Source of the DNA: Narcine bancroftii
Taxonomy: Eukaryota
Assembly (NCBI RefSeq): GCF_036971445.1
Contig: NC_091469.1
Span: forward strand, 226,982,001 to 227,046,000
Direction: 5' to 3'
Length of the DNA: 64,000 nucleotides
Position 1 is the first letter of the stretch. Each line of letters begins with the position of its first letter. The position numbers and the translations under genes were made by a program. The notes below the pieces were generated by a model that made no database searches, had not been told where the DNA came from, and worked only from the letters and a program-made list of their open reading frames with translations. Below, in pieces: positions 14,006 through 27,555 of this stretch.

Positions 14006-16571
14006 GACTGGTCAGGTGCAGAAAACCGTTAAGCAAATGGATAAGAAATTAGAAGTTATGGAAGAAAGAACAAAAGGAAATGAATTGAAAATACAGCAAT
14101 TAAAAGATCAGGTGGAAAATTTGCAAGCAGAATCAAAAATAATGAAGGAGCATTTCAGTCAGAATATGGACGCTTTGGAAAATTACAGTAGAAGAAATAA
14201 CATCAAGATTATGGGGCTAAGAGAAGGTGATGAAGGTCAGGACATGAAGACATTTTTACAAAGTTGGATACCACAAAGACAGTAAGGAGTGACAGTAAGG
14301 GATGAGGAGGTATACTGTTTGATTTGACAGTAAAACTGGAAGATTATTGACTTTCCTTTAAATTATAAGGTTAGGGAGTTAAGACAATATTAATAGGTAA
14401 TTAAATGACTGACAAGATATGTAGAGGCTAGTTAGTACAAGATTCAGGGGGAGGGGGCAAAGCAAATTTTTGCTGGCTGCCACTGAATCATGTGTGCAGG
14501 TGTAGGCTGGACTATCACTCCCTATACATAAAGGAGATAAAAAAGAGTATTTTTTTTGTCTGTGTCTTTTTTGGGGATTTCTAACATTTCTTGTTTCTTA
14601 ACTTTTCATTTTTCCACACATTTATTGGTATAATAGATCTGTTAAAGGGGGAATTGGAGGATGAAGGCTGGATGAGAAGGGGGTTAATTTGATTGAAAAT
14701 TATTAGGAAGATTAACTTTGAGTTTTAATGTTAATGTGATATAAAATCAAATGAAAATTTAAAAATGGTATTTAGGGGAAAAAAATCTATAGATATAGCT
14801 TTTTTTTTACAAGGAACACATTTAGTGGAGAAGGAATTAGATAAATTACAAAGCAATTAGGTGGGTAAAGTAGTGGCAGCCTCATTTAATTAAAAGGTTT
14901 GAGGAGTTGGAATATTGATAAATAAAAATCTAACAATAAAAATGTTAAATGTAGAAAAGGATGTGGCAGGAAGATATGTTATGGTAGAATGTCAGATATA
15001 CTCAAAAAATTGGACCTTGTTGAATTTATAAGCTCCTAATGTAGAAGATAGTAAATTTATGCAAGATATTTTTATGAAACTATCAAATGCCAATGGTAAA
15101 ATTTTGATGGGAGGAGGTTTTAATTTGACATTAGATTCAAAAATTGATAGATCAGGAAAACACATAGGAGATAGTAAAGTGTCTAAAGAAGTAAAAGAAT
15201 TAATGGTAGATATGGGATTGATAGATATTTGGAGGAAAATGCATATGAATGATAGAGATTATTCATTTTATTCTTACCGAACATAAGACATATTCACGAA
15301 TTGACATGTTTTTATTGGCAACTCAAGTTCAATCTGGAGAACAACAGCTGGCATATTTGGCACGTACTGTTTTGAACCATTCCCCGTTGTTATTGTCAAT
15401 AGTATCTGAGGAAGAAAGAAATTAATGGATATAGGTGGAGATTAAAGGTATTGTTGAAAAGAAAAGATTTTTGTGATTTTGTAAGAAAACAAATTAAGTT
15501 CTTCATGGAAAATAATAAAGATTTGGTAAAGAATAAATTTGTTAGATGGGATACTTTAAGGCATATTTAAGAGAACACATAATTAGCTATATAGTAAAGT
15601 TAAAAAAGGACTATTTAAAGGAAGTAGATCAATTAGAAAAGGAAATAACTTATTTAGAGTAAACAATACAAATTAGTCCAAATAAGGAAAAGACAAAATA
15701 AACGGAAACAAAAAAAGGTCAAGCTTAATACGATACAAACATTTAGAGTTGAAAGAAACATTTTGCAAACTAAACAAAGATATTATGAACTGGGGAAAGA
15801 GGTCATAAGGCAGTTAAAGAAAGAACAGGTATCTAGGACTATGGTAGTAATGAAAGACAAGAATGATCAGTTGGTTTATGTCGAAGGAAATAAATGAAAA
15901 TTTAGAGAGTTTTATGAGAAGATATACCAGTCTGAGTTAAAACAAGATGAAATTAAAATAGAGCAATACTTGCAACAAATTCAATTACCAAATTTGTGTG
16001 AAGAGGAGAGGAAGGAATTATCTAATTCCTTTGCGGAAGCTGAGATATGTGAACATTGCAAAATAATAAAGCTCCAGGTTTTACAGTAGAATTTTATAAG
16101 GAATTTAAGGGACTGATGGTGCTAATTCTTAAAGAGATATTAGATCAAATAAGAGAAGTAAATGATATACCAGAATCCTTTAAGATGGCATTGATAAAGG
16201 TAATACCAAAAAGGGGGAAAGATCCATTACAAACAGCTTCAAATAAGCCAATATCTTTGGTAAATGTAGATTATAAAATTGTATCCAAATTGTGGGCTAA
16301 TCATTTGGTTAAGATACTTCCAAAATTGATTTGTATGGACCAGATAGAGTTTATTTCAAAAAGAAAGGCAGCAGATAATATAGTGAGATTTTTAAGTTTG
16401 ATAAATGTAGCTCAAAAAAGGAAAGTTCCAGTGGTAGCAGTTTCTTTAGATGCAGAAAAGCATTTGATAGATTAGAATGGGTATCATTTAAGGTGTTATA
16501 CAAGTTTGGATTTCCTGAGACGTTTATAAATGGAATAAAAGCATTGTATAATGAACCAAAGGTGAAAGTAG

Positions 16572-17491
16572 GGTTAGGAGTCCAGAGGACCCCAAAACCC
16601 AGCAGCAATAGATATGCATCACGACAAAGGGTATCTTAATCAAAAGTTGCTTTTAATTTTCTTTGAATATGAAAATAGATTCAAACTTTAACTTTTCTCT
16701 ATTGATTGACTTAACCCCCTTCCAATTCTAAGCGCACATGTATGTAAGTTCAGCAAAGTTCTTTGGTTCACCATCCAATCTCATTGGTTGAAGGCAATGC
16801 TTATACTGTGCACAGAAGTTAACATTAATAAATTCACCAGGCTTTGGTGCTTAACAGGTAAATGGTTACCACTCAGGAAGGTTCTTGTTGGTTTTCAGTG
16901 AGAGAATTTTTCTTGTTCCAGGACATCCACAACTGATTCCTTTTTAATCAGCCATTCCAGTGTCTTGCAGATGAAACTTACCCCCTTCAAGGTTCTCCAG
17001 ATGATTACCTCTTTCTTTCATGTCACTACAGAGTTCCTTTCTGTTTCTCCTATTCCAAGGGAAACACCAGACAGCCAGTCCTCTCCTTTGACCAGGCCGT
17101 CTTCCAAAGTTTGCCAGCTTGTCCCTCTGGAANNNNNNNNNNNNNNNNNNNNNNNNNNNNNNNNNNNNNNNNNNNNNNNNNNNNNNNNNNNNNNNNNNNN
17201 NNNNNNNNNNNNNNNNNNNNNNNNNNNNNNNNNNNNNNNNNNNNNNNNNNNNNNNNNNNNNNNNNCTCTGAGCAAAGCCTATTTTTTTCTGCTCTCTGTC
17301 TGCAAAGATCACATGACCTTCCAGACAGTAAATGCTCTTTTCCAGACAAATCTGTTACTACCTGTTGATACATTTGTTGACTTTTGTAAAAGCTTATGCA
17401 AAAATTCTATGTTTAAAAGTGTTTGCGTGTGACCTGCTCTGACAAACCTTTCACAATTTATCTCCCAAACACCTCTATATACTCTGTCATA
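16572..17491 (-). mobile_element. Solo LTR (~0.9 kb) inserted in L1 RT; spans the assembly gap
   Basis: TSD (A)GTAG at 16567-16571 and 17491-17495; removing it restores L1 frame KVKVVIN; homologous to the element at 22449; minus-strand ATTAAA near 16655. Confidence 0.75.
17133..17265. other. Assembly gap (133 N)
   Basis: Run of N. Confidence 1.
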
Positions 17492-19844
17492 GTAGTAATA
17501 AATGTTCAAATGTTAGGTTTGATTAGATTAGGAAGGTTTTCCATGCAGGGTTGCCCACTTTCACCATTCTTATTTTCATTGGCAATGGAACTGTTCGCTG
17601 AAGTGAATCAAGGGGATGAAGAAATTGCAGGTTTTGAGATATGAGACAAAATTCATAAAATTAGTCTTTTTGCAGATGATATTATGGCATACAACTAAAC
17701 CCAAAAGTTCACTGAATAGACTAAATGAAAGATTAACAGAATATGGATTAGTTTCAGGATATGAATTTAATGTGGATAAAAGTGAAATGATGCCAATGGT
17801 TAATGCAGATTATACACAATGTTAAAACTTGGTATAATTGAAATGGCAAAGTGAGGGCATGAAATATTTGGGGATAATAGTAAGTAAGCAATTGAATAAT
17901 TTGTATAAACTGAATTATTTACCACTTTAAAAAAGATTGGAGGAAGTCTTAAAAAGATGAAAGGAATTACCTATATCATTAATAGGGCAGTTGAATTGTG
18001 TTAAAATTAATATTTTTCCTAGAATTTAATACTTATTTCAAACATTACCAATTCAGGTGCCTGAAATGTTTATTAGGTGATTAAATAAGATTATTAGGGA
18101 GTTTATATGACGAGAAAAATCAGCAAGGACAAGTATAGAAAAGTTGACATGGAAAAAAGATCAAGGAGAATTGAGATTACCAAATTTTAAAAATTACTAT
18201 AAGGCAGCTCAATTGAGTTTTTTGTCTTCTTGGTATCAAAGGGAAGAAAAAACATCTTGGATAGATATTGAGATGAATAATTTAGGTGAAGAAAATCCAG
18301 ACCAAATATTGTATAAATGGAACTATGAAATTTTTAAAGGTAGAAAATAAATATCAATTTTAAAGCATTTGCTTCGAATATGGAATGGGGATACATGTGG
18401 AAAGAGGTATAAGGAATTATCACTTGGCTCAAATGACTTTAGAACAAAATCAACTTTTTCTGTTTACGATGAATAATTATTTACTTGACAATTGGTATGA
18501 AAAATATATACAGAAAATACAAGATTGTTTTAGAGGTTCAATTTTTATGACATTTGATCAGTTAAAGGAGAAAAATGGGATGTTACAAAATACAATATTT
18601 ATATATTATCAATTATGATTGTATTTGAAGAAGAAAATAGGAATGGACTTGAGACTTTTTCAGCAAGATCAATTTGAATATATTATAACAGATACCTTAT
18701 TATTTGAAGATTTATAACTGCTATGTATAATAAATTACAAGAAATAAAGGAAAAGAAAGATTTGTACAAAACTAAATTGAAGTGGGAACAGGATTTAAAT
18801 ATACAAATTCAAGAAGAAATATGGATGAAACTGTATAGAGATAGTGTAACTAATACTATTAATACTAGATAACAAATGGTTCAATATAATTTTTTTTACA
18901 TCAAATGAATTACACACCCTACAAGTTGAATAAATTTGACCTAAGTTTTCCTACTCAATGTATTAGATGTAAAAAAGAGGTTGGTAATTTCTTGTATTCA
19001 GTATGATTGTGCGAAAAGGTAAAAGATTTCTGGAAAGAATTATTTGTTATGTTAGAGGAGATATTAAAAGTGAAGGTTCAATTAGATCCAAGAATATTTT
19101 GTTGGGTAATATATATGATGAAGAGATTAACTTGGAATTAGATAAATATAAAAAGGGATTTTTGAGTCTAGCAACAGCAATAATGAGAAAGTGTGTAGCT
19201 AAAACATGGAAATTGGAAAGAAATGCAAAAATAGAAGAATGGTTTTAATGAAATAAAATATTGTCTCCCATTAAAAAAAAACATAATATGAGAGATGATT
19301 ATGATAATTTTTGTCAAATCTGGGAGCTATATATGAGATTTATGAATATGGACTAATCCAGACTTTCTAATCCAATTCCGCCCTGAAAATATGGTACTTT
19401 TATCAAGAAATATTATGGTATTATTAATGTGGTTTAATTTTTATGATGATTGTGTTCTTCCTTTCTTTTTTCTATCTTTTTCATCTATCTGCAGGGGTTA
19501 GGGATGGTGGGGGGGGTAAAAATTGAAATTTATTTAGTATCTATTATATAATGATATTTCAAGTTAATTTGAAATGTATGAAAGATATTAATAAATAAAA
19601 TTTTCAAAAAAATATGTCCAGACTCCATTTACAGAGTGGAGTGTTGAGTCCCAGCATGGAGAGTTTATCCACCTGCCTCTAAGGCACAGTATATGTACTT
19701 GGGCATATATTATATTTTTGATATCCTTTCTTCACTGCTTCCAAAAAGTAAGTATTTAATAAGCTATCCATCAAGACTCTCATCGCCTTGCTTGAGCCTA
19801 TTATTACTTATTATATAATCCACATCCTCTACTGTAATTTTTAA

Positions 19845-20450
19845 ACTTTATTTAAAATGAAACGACTTAGCAAACATATTACAATATTTCAAACTTAATC
19901 CAAATACATGTGATATAAAAAGGAAAAAAAAGAGTAAATAAATACAAAAGAAAGGAATCCCTCATATTTATCCCCAAACCCCCCTACAAACTTTTTTTTA
20001 AAAATGAGACACTGAAATCACAACAGAAGCACTGAACTTTCTGATACTTTAAACATGTAAATATTTATAGAGACCTATAAGAAAAAGGGAATGTTCGAAA
20101 TTCATTTACATTTTAATACCAACACTGAGTAAATATGGGCTCCATATGTTTCCAAAATACATGATATTCATCTCTCTTTAGTTGTAAGTAATTTTCTCGT
20201 GGAATGCAACTCCACACTTCTGCACACCATCTGTCCATTCCCAAATCTGTATCCGACTTCCAAGTCATAGCAATACATTTTTTAGCTATTGCCAAAGCAA
20301 TTTGAAACAAATTTTACTTGATACATATTCAGTTTTAATTTAAGTTTAATCCCTCTAACATCTAATATTGGATCTTGAGGGAATCTTGCTCCAGCTATTC
20401 GTTCTAATAAATTACCCAAATCAAGCCAAAAAGATTTAATTGTGGAATCA
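19845..20450 (-). mobile_element. L1-like LINE 3' fragment
   Basis: IALAIAKKCIAMTWKS...W..E...CIP on the minus strand; T-rich tail near 19845. Confidence 0.8.
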
Positions 20451-21689
20451 ACCTTTTTCACTTCTCTGGATTGATGACTTCAGACCCTTTTGATTATGAA
20501 GTTCATCTCAGTACATGATCTCAAGCCAAATTTCTGGCTTTCTATTTCTCTCCATGGATGCTGCTGAGTCCTTTCACTTCTTGTTTGCTCCAGATTCCTC
20601 CGTCAGCAGCTGTTACTAAAATTAATTTTAGGTTTCATGCATACATTAGTGGCTGCTCTGTTTTTATAGATCTGATGAAATGGTTTGTACAGAGACTATA
20701 AATAGCATCCAAATTTCATTCCACTGAAACTGATTTTAAAAAGTAGCATGTTTTATAATGGGCAGACAAATCTTATCAACTGAGTAGCAAAGATAAAAAT
20801 GTACCTATTTTTACCTGCAAACTTAAATATCTTAGACAATATTCTATCCACTAAGTCTCTTTCTAACCATCGCAAGCAATCCTGTCAAATCCACAAATCC
20901 ATCAGTGAACACATTCTGAACCATTCTAATATATAGACTTCCTGAGATCTAGGACAATGTCCTTATGACTCCTCCTGATTCAATAGAAATCTATTCTATC
21001 CTTCATGATTCTTGATTAGAATTTAGAAAGTGAGATGGACATGTGCTTGAGAATGAAAGAAATTATGGCTTCAGTCCACAGCCATCTGTTATTGCATGTG
21101 TCAATTGCTCTTGATACTATAACCATGCAACTGATGGGCAAAGGATTCCCTCAGGCTTATCAATACTGAAAAGACCTGCTGATCCCGTGATTGCTTTGTA
21201 AAGATATGCCTCTTTGTATTTGTCTTAGTCCATACTTTTTGTTGAACTGTGGCATGGTACAACTGGAATGACAGCAATATTTCTATAATGGTTCCATGAG
21301 AAAGTCTTTAATTTAACAGAAGAAAATGAAATAAAAGGGATTAATGTATAATGGATGGATGATGGCAGTGTGGACCAAGTAGCAAATAGCCTTTTACAAG
21401 CTATGACTCTGGCTCTTTTAAAAACAAGTGCTTGCCATGAACCAGTGTTATGTTAACTAGGATCCCAAAGGTATCTGGTTCTTATCTGCACCTGACCATT
21501 ATCCAAATTCCAGCCCTGTCCACCTCAGCCATGATCTCAGTTTGTACGTCTTGTGCTCTGCCAGTTAATCAATCAATTGCCTCGTGATCTTGACCCAGAC
21601 AATATAGAAACAAACTTCTAAAATTAACACTCCTTGGGCTCAAAAATAGAAACTCACTTATCACAACCTCCAGTATTTAATGCATGTCT

Positions 21690-22030
21690 TAACTTCATCA
21701 AGGACATTTACAAGAGGGGGATGTCTTAAGAAAGCAGCCTCTATCCTCAAAGTCACCCACCCTCCCAGGCCATGTCCTCTTCATTGTGCTGCCATCAGGG
21801 GTGAAAAGGTACAGGAGCCTGAAGGTGAGCCCTCAACAGCACAAGGACGGCTTCTTCCCCTCTGCCTTCAGATTTCTCAATAATCAATGAACCACAGACA
21901 CTGCCTTACTTTGTCTTTTTCTTGCACAGTTTTTATTTAGTTTGTAATATGGTTTATATAAATGTTTGCACTGTGATGCCGCCACAAAAGTACAAATTTT
22001 GTGTCATTCTTACAATAAATTCTGATTCTT
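21690..22030 (+). mobile_element. Rex1-like 3' fragment
   Basis: CLKKAASILK..HP motif; 3' UTR homologous to 2835-3090, ending caataaattctgattct. Confidence 0.8.
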
Positions 22031-22448
22031 GATGTCCTCCAGCATTGCCCTCAGATCACTCCTGTTTTGTTTGCAGGAGTCCCCTCACATTTTGATCTTT
22101 GTGCTCTCTCTTTCTTAATGAAGTGAATTTGAGATTTTCTTTCTTTAAATTTGCATTTGTGGACTTGTCATTGTCATGTTAAGGCTCATCCACTTCTCCT
22201 TAAATCTACTACTGTACTAAGTATCCCATCCATGGATCTGCCTCAATGTCTATTTGGTGGTGTAGCTGTAGGGCAGAGAACCTGAAATAAAATTGCACAT
22301 GAACCATTTCCATGCTTCTTGCATTATCTCATTCAGACATCTTTTAAAGCAGAATTCCTACAAAATCAGATCTTTAGACAAAGTCGGATCTTAATGAAGG
22401 CTCGTAAGAAATCCTTATGCAGAATGTTGATGAGGCTTCTATTGCCTG

Positions 22449-23849
22449 TGTTAAGAGTTCAAGACCAGAGGACTTCAAAACCCAGCAGCAGTAGAAATTC
22501 ACCAAGACAAATGGCTACTTAAACAAAAGCTTCTTTTAATTTTCTTTAAACATAAAAACCAGGATCTATCTTTAATTTATTATTATTAACGTAACTTAAC
22601 CCCCTTCTAATTCTAAATGCATAAATATGTTCAGAAAAGTTATTTGATTCACAGTCCAATCTCACTTCTCACTCCTCCAAGTTCACCGGTATCAGGCAAT
22701 TCTTATACTGTGCACAGAATTTAACATTTATGAATCTTCACCAGGCTCTGGTCCTTAAAGGTAAATGGTTACTGCTCAGGAAGGTTCTAGTTGGTTTCAG
22801 AGATTTGCTGCTTGTTGGACACACGCAAACTGATGTCCTACGATCAGTACTTCAGTGTCTTGCCAAAGAAACTTGTCCCATCGTCGGTTTTCCAAACGAT
22901 AACCTCTTCTTCCAGGTCACCACAGAGTTCCTCTTGTTTCCTGTATTTCAGGAGAAACACATTAGCCAGCCATTTCCTCTTGTAAGGACTACAAGGGTTT
23001 TCAACAGACTGAACTCAGAACTCACAACCCATCTTTAAAATGGGGTCTTCAACAGGCTTGCCATATTTTCTCCCAAAGAGAAATCCCGTTTGGTCTTTTC
23101 CTCTCTCTCTCTCTGCTTGTAAAAACCAGAACCTCTTGCAGGGTGTTAGGTCTGCATTGTTCATGAATGAGTGAGACAAACACCAGACTGAGTCGAAATC
23201 AGGGTTCTTTGTTCTTTATTACCGGATTGTAACACTTGCGACTAACAAAGTTAGTCGGAGAATGCATTCTGCCGTTATCAGCAAAATGGTGATTTTTTAT
23301 ACCCTTGGATACATGCTTAGAACATCATCATATCATTACTTGTCCAATGACTAAAACTGTTGCTATCCTTTCCCTGCTAGCTTCCTGCCTCTCAATCCAT
23401 CAATGTCTCTCTTATCTTGTAAGTACAAGGATGCATTCTGTTACTCCTTAGTACTGGGTGACTCCTTCTCCGGTCCCATCTCATGATGTTTTACCTAACA
23501 GGAGTACAAGGACACCTCCCCTTCTTGTTACTGCCCTGTACAGGGTAACTCCCTACACATTCCCATCTCATGATGTTTTACCTTACAAGGGCCAACCCAA
23601 TCCTTGAAAGATCTTTATCAGCACTTTGAGCCTGGACTATTTATTTGTACCTGCTTTTTAAAATTATTTCAAAAACAGTCCCATTGTCTTTTCCAAAGCC
23701 ACTGGTGTCTGCATGACTGGCTTTAGACAAGCTCTTGCATTTTAAATGAAATGCGAAGTTTTACTTTGTTTGTGGTGACCTACACTAAACCCCCACAATC
23801 TATCTCTTTTAAAGACATAATAATATAAAATATAATATAACTCGTAACA
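22449..23849 (-). mobile_element. Solo LTR (relative of the 16572 element) carrying a nested solo LTR
   Basis: TGTTAAGA...TCGTAACA termini; shares long blocks with 16572-17491 (aaaacccagcagca, acttaacccccttc, ttatactgtgcacagaa, ggtaaatggttac). No clear TSD. Confidence 0.7.
23144..23587 (-). mobile_element. Nested solo LTR with 4-bp TSD
   Basis: TGTTAGG...CCTTACA, perfect TSD AGGG (23140-23143, 23588-23591), minus-strand AATAAA at ~23215 and TATAAA at ~23297. Confidence 0.85.
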
Positions 23850-25149
23850 CAGATAATTGTTTTAAGTTTGAAATTTCAACCACTAAGTGCATCGAGAAAT
23901 TTCACTTACTTTCTTACTCAGAGATAACAAACTCACATTGTTTGTATAAAACATACAAATATTGATCAATGTGAAATTGCAGTGTCTCTTGTAACTGCAT
24001 ATGATGCTGTCATTTCAGGGTAGATTTAATAGGAGCTAAGTGTTCTTGAGTGTCTCTGAGATTTGGGAAGAAAACAAAATTTGCACCAGGAATTTAAATT
24101 GAGCTAATGACAGTAATTCATGTCTTGTATTTTTCTATTCTTTTTAGTTATTTAAATTGTTTGCCTTTCTGCTTGAAAAGAGTCCCTGTGGAAACTAACT
24201 TGTCTTGGCTAATTGCATTTTATGGTTTTTTGAATTGCTATCTTACATAAATTGGCTTAAGTAGAATATGAAAAATGGAAATGAGTTTCTCACAATAATT
24301 AAAACTCAAGCATTGACTAAACAGAGGCAAAATTAATAATGCTGTGGAATTGCTATTGCTTCACAGTGCAACATGCTTAGAGTCCCATTGTGAATTGTGC
24401 TCTGTTCCACTTTAGTCCTACACTACACACAAGGACCTCAATAATGGGGATTATTTATTGGAGTGTTACAGGAATTATGGAATTATTAAAGGAGCATATA
24501 CAGAATGGGATAATATATTTAATAAAGAATGTTAAATAGTTAAATTCCACAGCTTAGAACTATCGGTTGAAAATAGACCAAACATAGAAATGTTATTTCT
24601 GATGGTCAACATGAAGTATCCAGTAAATTACTGGAAAAACATTTTTTTAAATTATTTGATGGAAATGGAATTGAGGATCATTCAGAAGGTAACTGAAATT
24701 CTCAAAAAGGGGAGGCAATGCCTGCCCCCCACCCACAAGCTATAAACAGCTGGCCATTTGGTTCACGTGTAGTTTCAGAAGCTCAAGCCACTGAGTTCAT
24801 GAGTCTCTTCAGCTCTGACTGGTTTTGGCAGAGGAAATCTCTGCTGTTTAATATACCCTGAAAATTTGTTGTGTTTATCTTAAAGAGAAATAGAAATTCT
24901 GAAGCAAATATTTCTTGCTGACTTCAGTGACATTAACTTGATAAATACAGTATATAATAGTCTTCAGCCAAAATTGGCCAATAGCTTTATGGACTGAGGT
25001 GAGTTTATGGTGAGTTCAATACTGTTCATATCAAATTGCAGAGTTGCATATTGGTAATTGAACATTTTTTGTATGTGCTAATTTAGAGAATCGTCCTTGT
25101 TGTAACATTGAAATGCTATTCATTTTGGTAATTTGATATGGTGTTTTAA

Positions 25150-25485
25150 TTTAAGTGGATGGGGTGGATGTGGAGAAGATGTATCCAGTTGTGGCGGAAC
25201 CTAGAACCAGAAGGCAAAGCCTCAGAATTAAAGATTGCCCTTTTGGGAAAGAGATGATGAGAAAATTCTTCAGCCAGAGAGACAGTGGAGGCCACCTCAT
25301 TGGGTAGATTTAAAGCTGGAGTTGATTTGTAAAGGCATTAAAGGTTATGGGGAAAAGGCAGGAAATTGCAGTTGAAAGGAAGAGCACATCAGCCATGAAT
25401 CGAATGGCAGAGCAGACTCGATGGGCCAATGGTCTAATTCTGAACCCCGCCGATGCTGTAATTGTTATATGGTTATGTGGTTCTT
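25150..25485 (+). mobile_element. CR1/HER1-like LINE 3' fragment
   Basis: gtggagaagatgt..ccag, ctagaaccaga, ttcttcagccagag and tail cagactcgatgggcc...tggtcta are typical CR1 3' end sequence. Confidence 0.75.
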
Positions 25486-26284
25486 ATGGTCATTCAATGT
25501 TACTTATAAAACACTTTGTGTCATTTGATGAATAGAAACTTTATGTGCTGGCAAAAATGGTGAAATTACTAGAAATCCAACAAAGTTTTTTTGAAAACTC
25601 CTATTCAGGTTTTGCATTAACTCTGCCAGAACCACCTTTGAGTACTGACCTTGAATTAGCAGTGTAACACTTTTAAGCTATTGTCTGCTATCACTCCATT
25701 ATCTGAAGGCTTTGTTCAATTCCCTTCAGGTTATGATAATGCCTAAAGGAAAAAGCAAACCTAGGACTTGCCAATGAAATTGAAGCTTTAGAAATTGGAT
25801 TGCACCTATTTTTGATGTACTAAAAGAAAATTGCAAAATGCTAAATTGAATCTGTGAAAAGCTAATGTTGAAATTGGCTGAAGTCCAGTGTGAAGCAGCA
25901 TTAGAGTGGTCTACATTCAGAAACAAGTGCTTAAACTGCACATGCTTCAGTTGGGCACAGCTCCCAAGACTTTTCTATGGAGCTGCCAGAGAAATCCCTG
26001 GAAGACACATCGCCCAAGGTGATGGTAGTGATGGCAGAGGGAGGGAAGAATGAAGGGATTCAATGCAGGGAAATGCATTTAATGCTGAGGACTGTCTATT
26101 AAGGGAGGGGTTATTCAATGGGAAATACATAGATGTATTAGCAGCCATTTATGAAATATGAATTGTTTGAGAGTTTATTAGCATTACATTAGTACAATAT
26201 ACAGATGCACCAACATTCATTCTTGCCACAGCCATTCAGACACATAAGAAACACCAATAATACAAATTGCAATTCCATAATGCA

Positions 26285-26812
26285 CCTTGAGTGGAGGTTT
26301 CATATGACACCAGAAACACTGGCCAATTTTTACTGATGTGTCCTGACCAGCTGCATCACAGTCTGTTATGGGGACACCAATACCTCTGAGCAGAAAGCCC
26401 TGCAAAAGTTAGTGGACACAGGCAAAACCCTCCCCACTATCAAGAACACCTAGAGTGAATGCTGGATCCACACCAGCGAGCCAGCACATGCTCAGTTCTC
26501 ACTGCTTCCCTCAGGAAAGAGGTATAGGTGCCCCAAGACTCAAGCCAACAGGTTCAGGAACAGCTGCTGCCCTCCCACCATCAGACTCCTCAATGACAGA
26601 CTCAATCAGAGACTCACTGAAGGATTCTTACTTGTGCACTTTATTGATTATTTTTAAATTCTCTCTGTATTGTACAGTCAGTTTATTTATGTTCGTTATC
26701 TGTTTACATGTTTGTGCTGTGTACAGTTTTTTTTGCACAACCAATACTGCTTGGCCCACAGGAAAAAGAATCTCAGGGTTATGTGATGTCATGTATGTAT
26801 CTGAAATCTAAG
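26285..26812 (+). mobile_element. Rex1-like 3' fragment
   Basis: Decayed C-terminus (LLPSGKRYR-like ctgcttccctcaggaaagaggtatagg) and tail ending atctgaaatct. Confidence 0.75.
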
Positions 26813-27555
26813 TGAATAGAAGAGATAAAAAATATAAAAGGATGATAATTTTTTAAAAATCAGCTGTCATTTATGTTAATGAAGCAGGAATTCTTGTTGG
26901 AATCATTGCGGGAAGGGGATAGGTAGGATTATTTGGATTTCCTGTTAATTATCGACCTGCTACGTTGGTGTAACAATTGGATTATGGAAGAGGTCATGTG
27001 ACTAACTTCAGAAACTGAATTACACAGATTTATGTTGGGCAAAAAGTGACTGGATCAATGGAGCCCCATCATGAAGTTCGTTGGGAGTCTGGACATGCCT
27101 CAAATCCATGCTAGCCAACTGGCCAGCCTTGACCCACTTCAATTTACCTACTGGCAGATGCTGTCTCCCCAGCTCTCCCCTTGGGTCAAGAACACCTATG
27201 TTAGACTACTGTTCAGAGATAAAAGCTCTGCCTTCAATGCTGTAGTCTCTAGAAAGCTTATTCCCAAACATCAAGATCTAGGCCTCAGTGCCCCCTCTGC
27301 AAGTGGATCCTTGGCTTCCTGTCCAACAGACTGCAATTAGTTCAGATGCTTAATGACATCTCGAGGATCACATTCAACATCTGTGTCAATCAAGGATGTG
27401 TACTCAGTCTTCTACTATACTCCATCAAAATCCACAACAAATCAGCTATATGCCATTCCACCTCCATCTTCAAATTTGCCAACAACACCACAGTAGTGGG
27501 CTAGATATCAAATAACAGAGATATGGTAAACAGGAAAGAGATTGAAAGTCTAGTG

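Larger units (their letters stand above)
14010..19612 (+). mobile_element. L1-like LINE: partial ORF1 plus decayed ORF2, interrupted by a solo LTR
   Basis: ORF1 coiled coil and ENYSRRNNIKIMGLREG; ORF2 APE (GGGFN, GLIDIWR, DYSFYS), RT (KAPG, KPISLVNVDYKI, SLDAEK, QGCPLSP, FADD), C-terminal Cys motif; A-rich tail at 19590-19612. Confidence 0.9.

Noticed and set aside
16944-17432. ORFs spanning the N run
   Set aside because: Artefacts of translating through the assembly gap.
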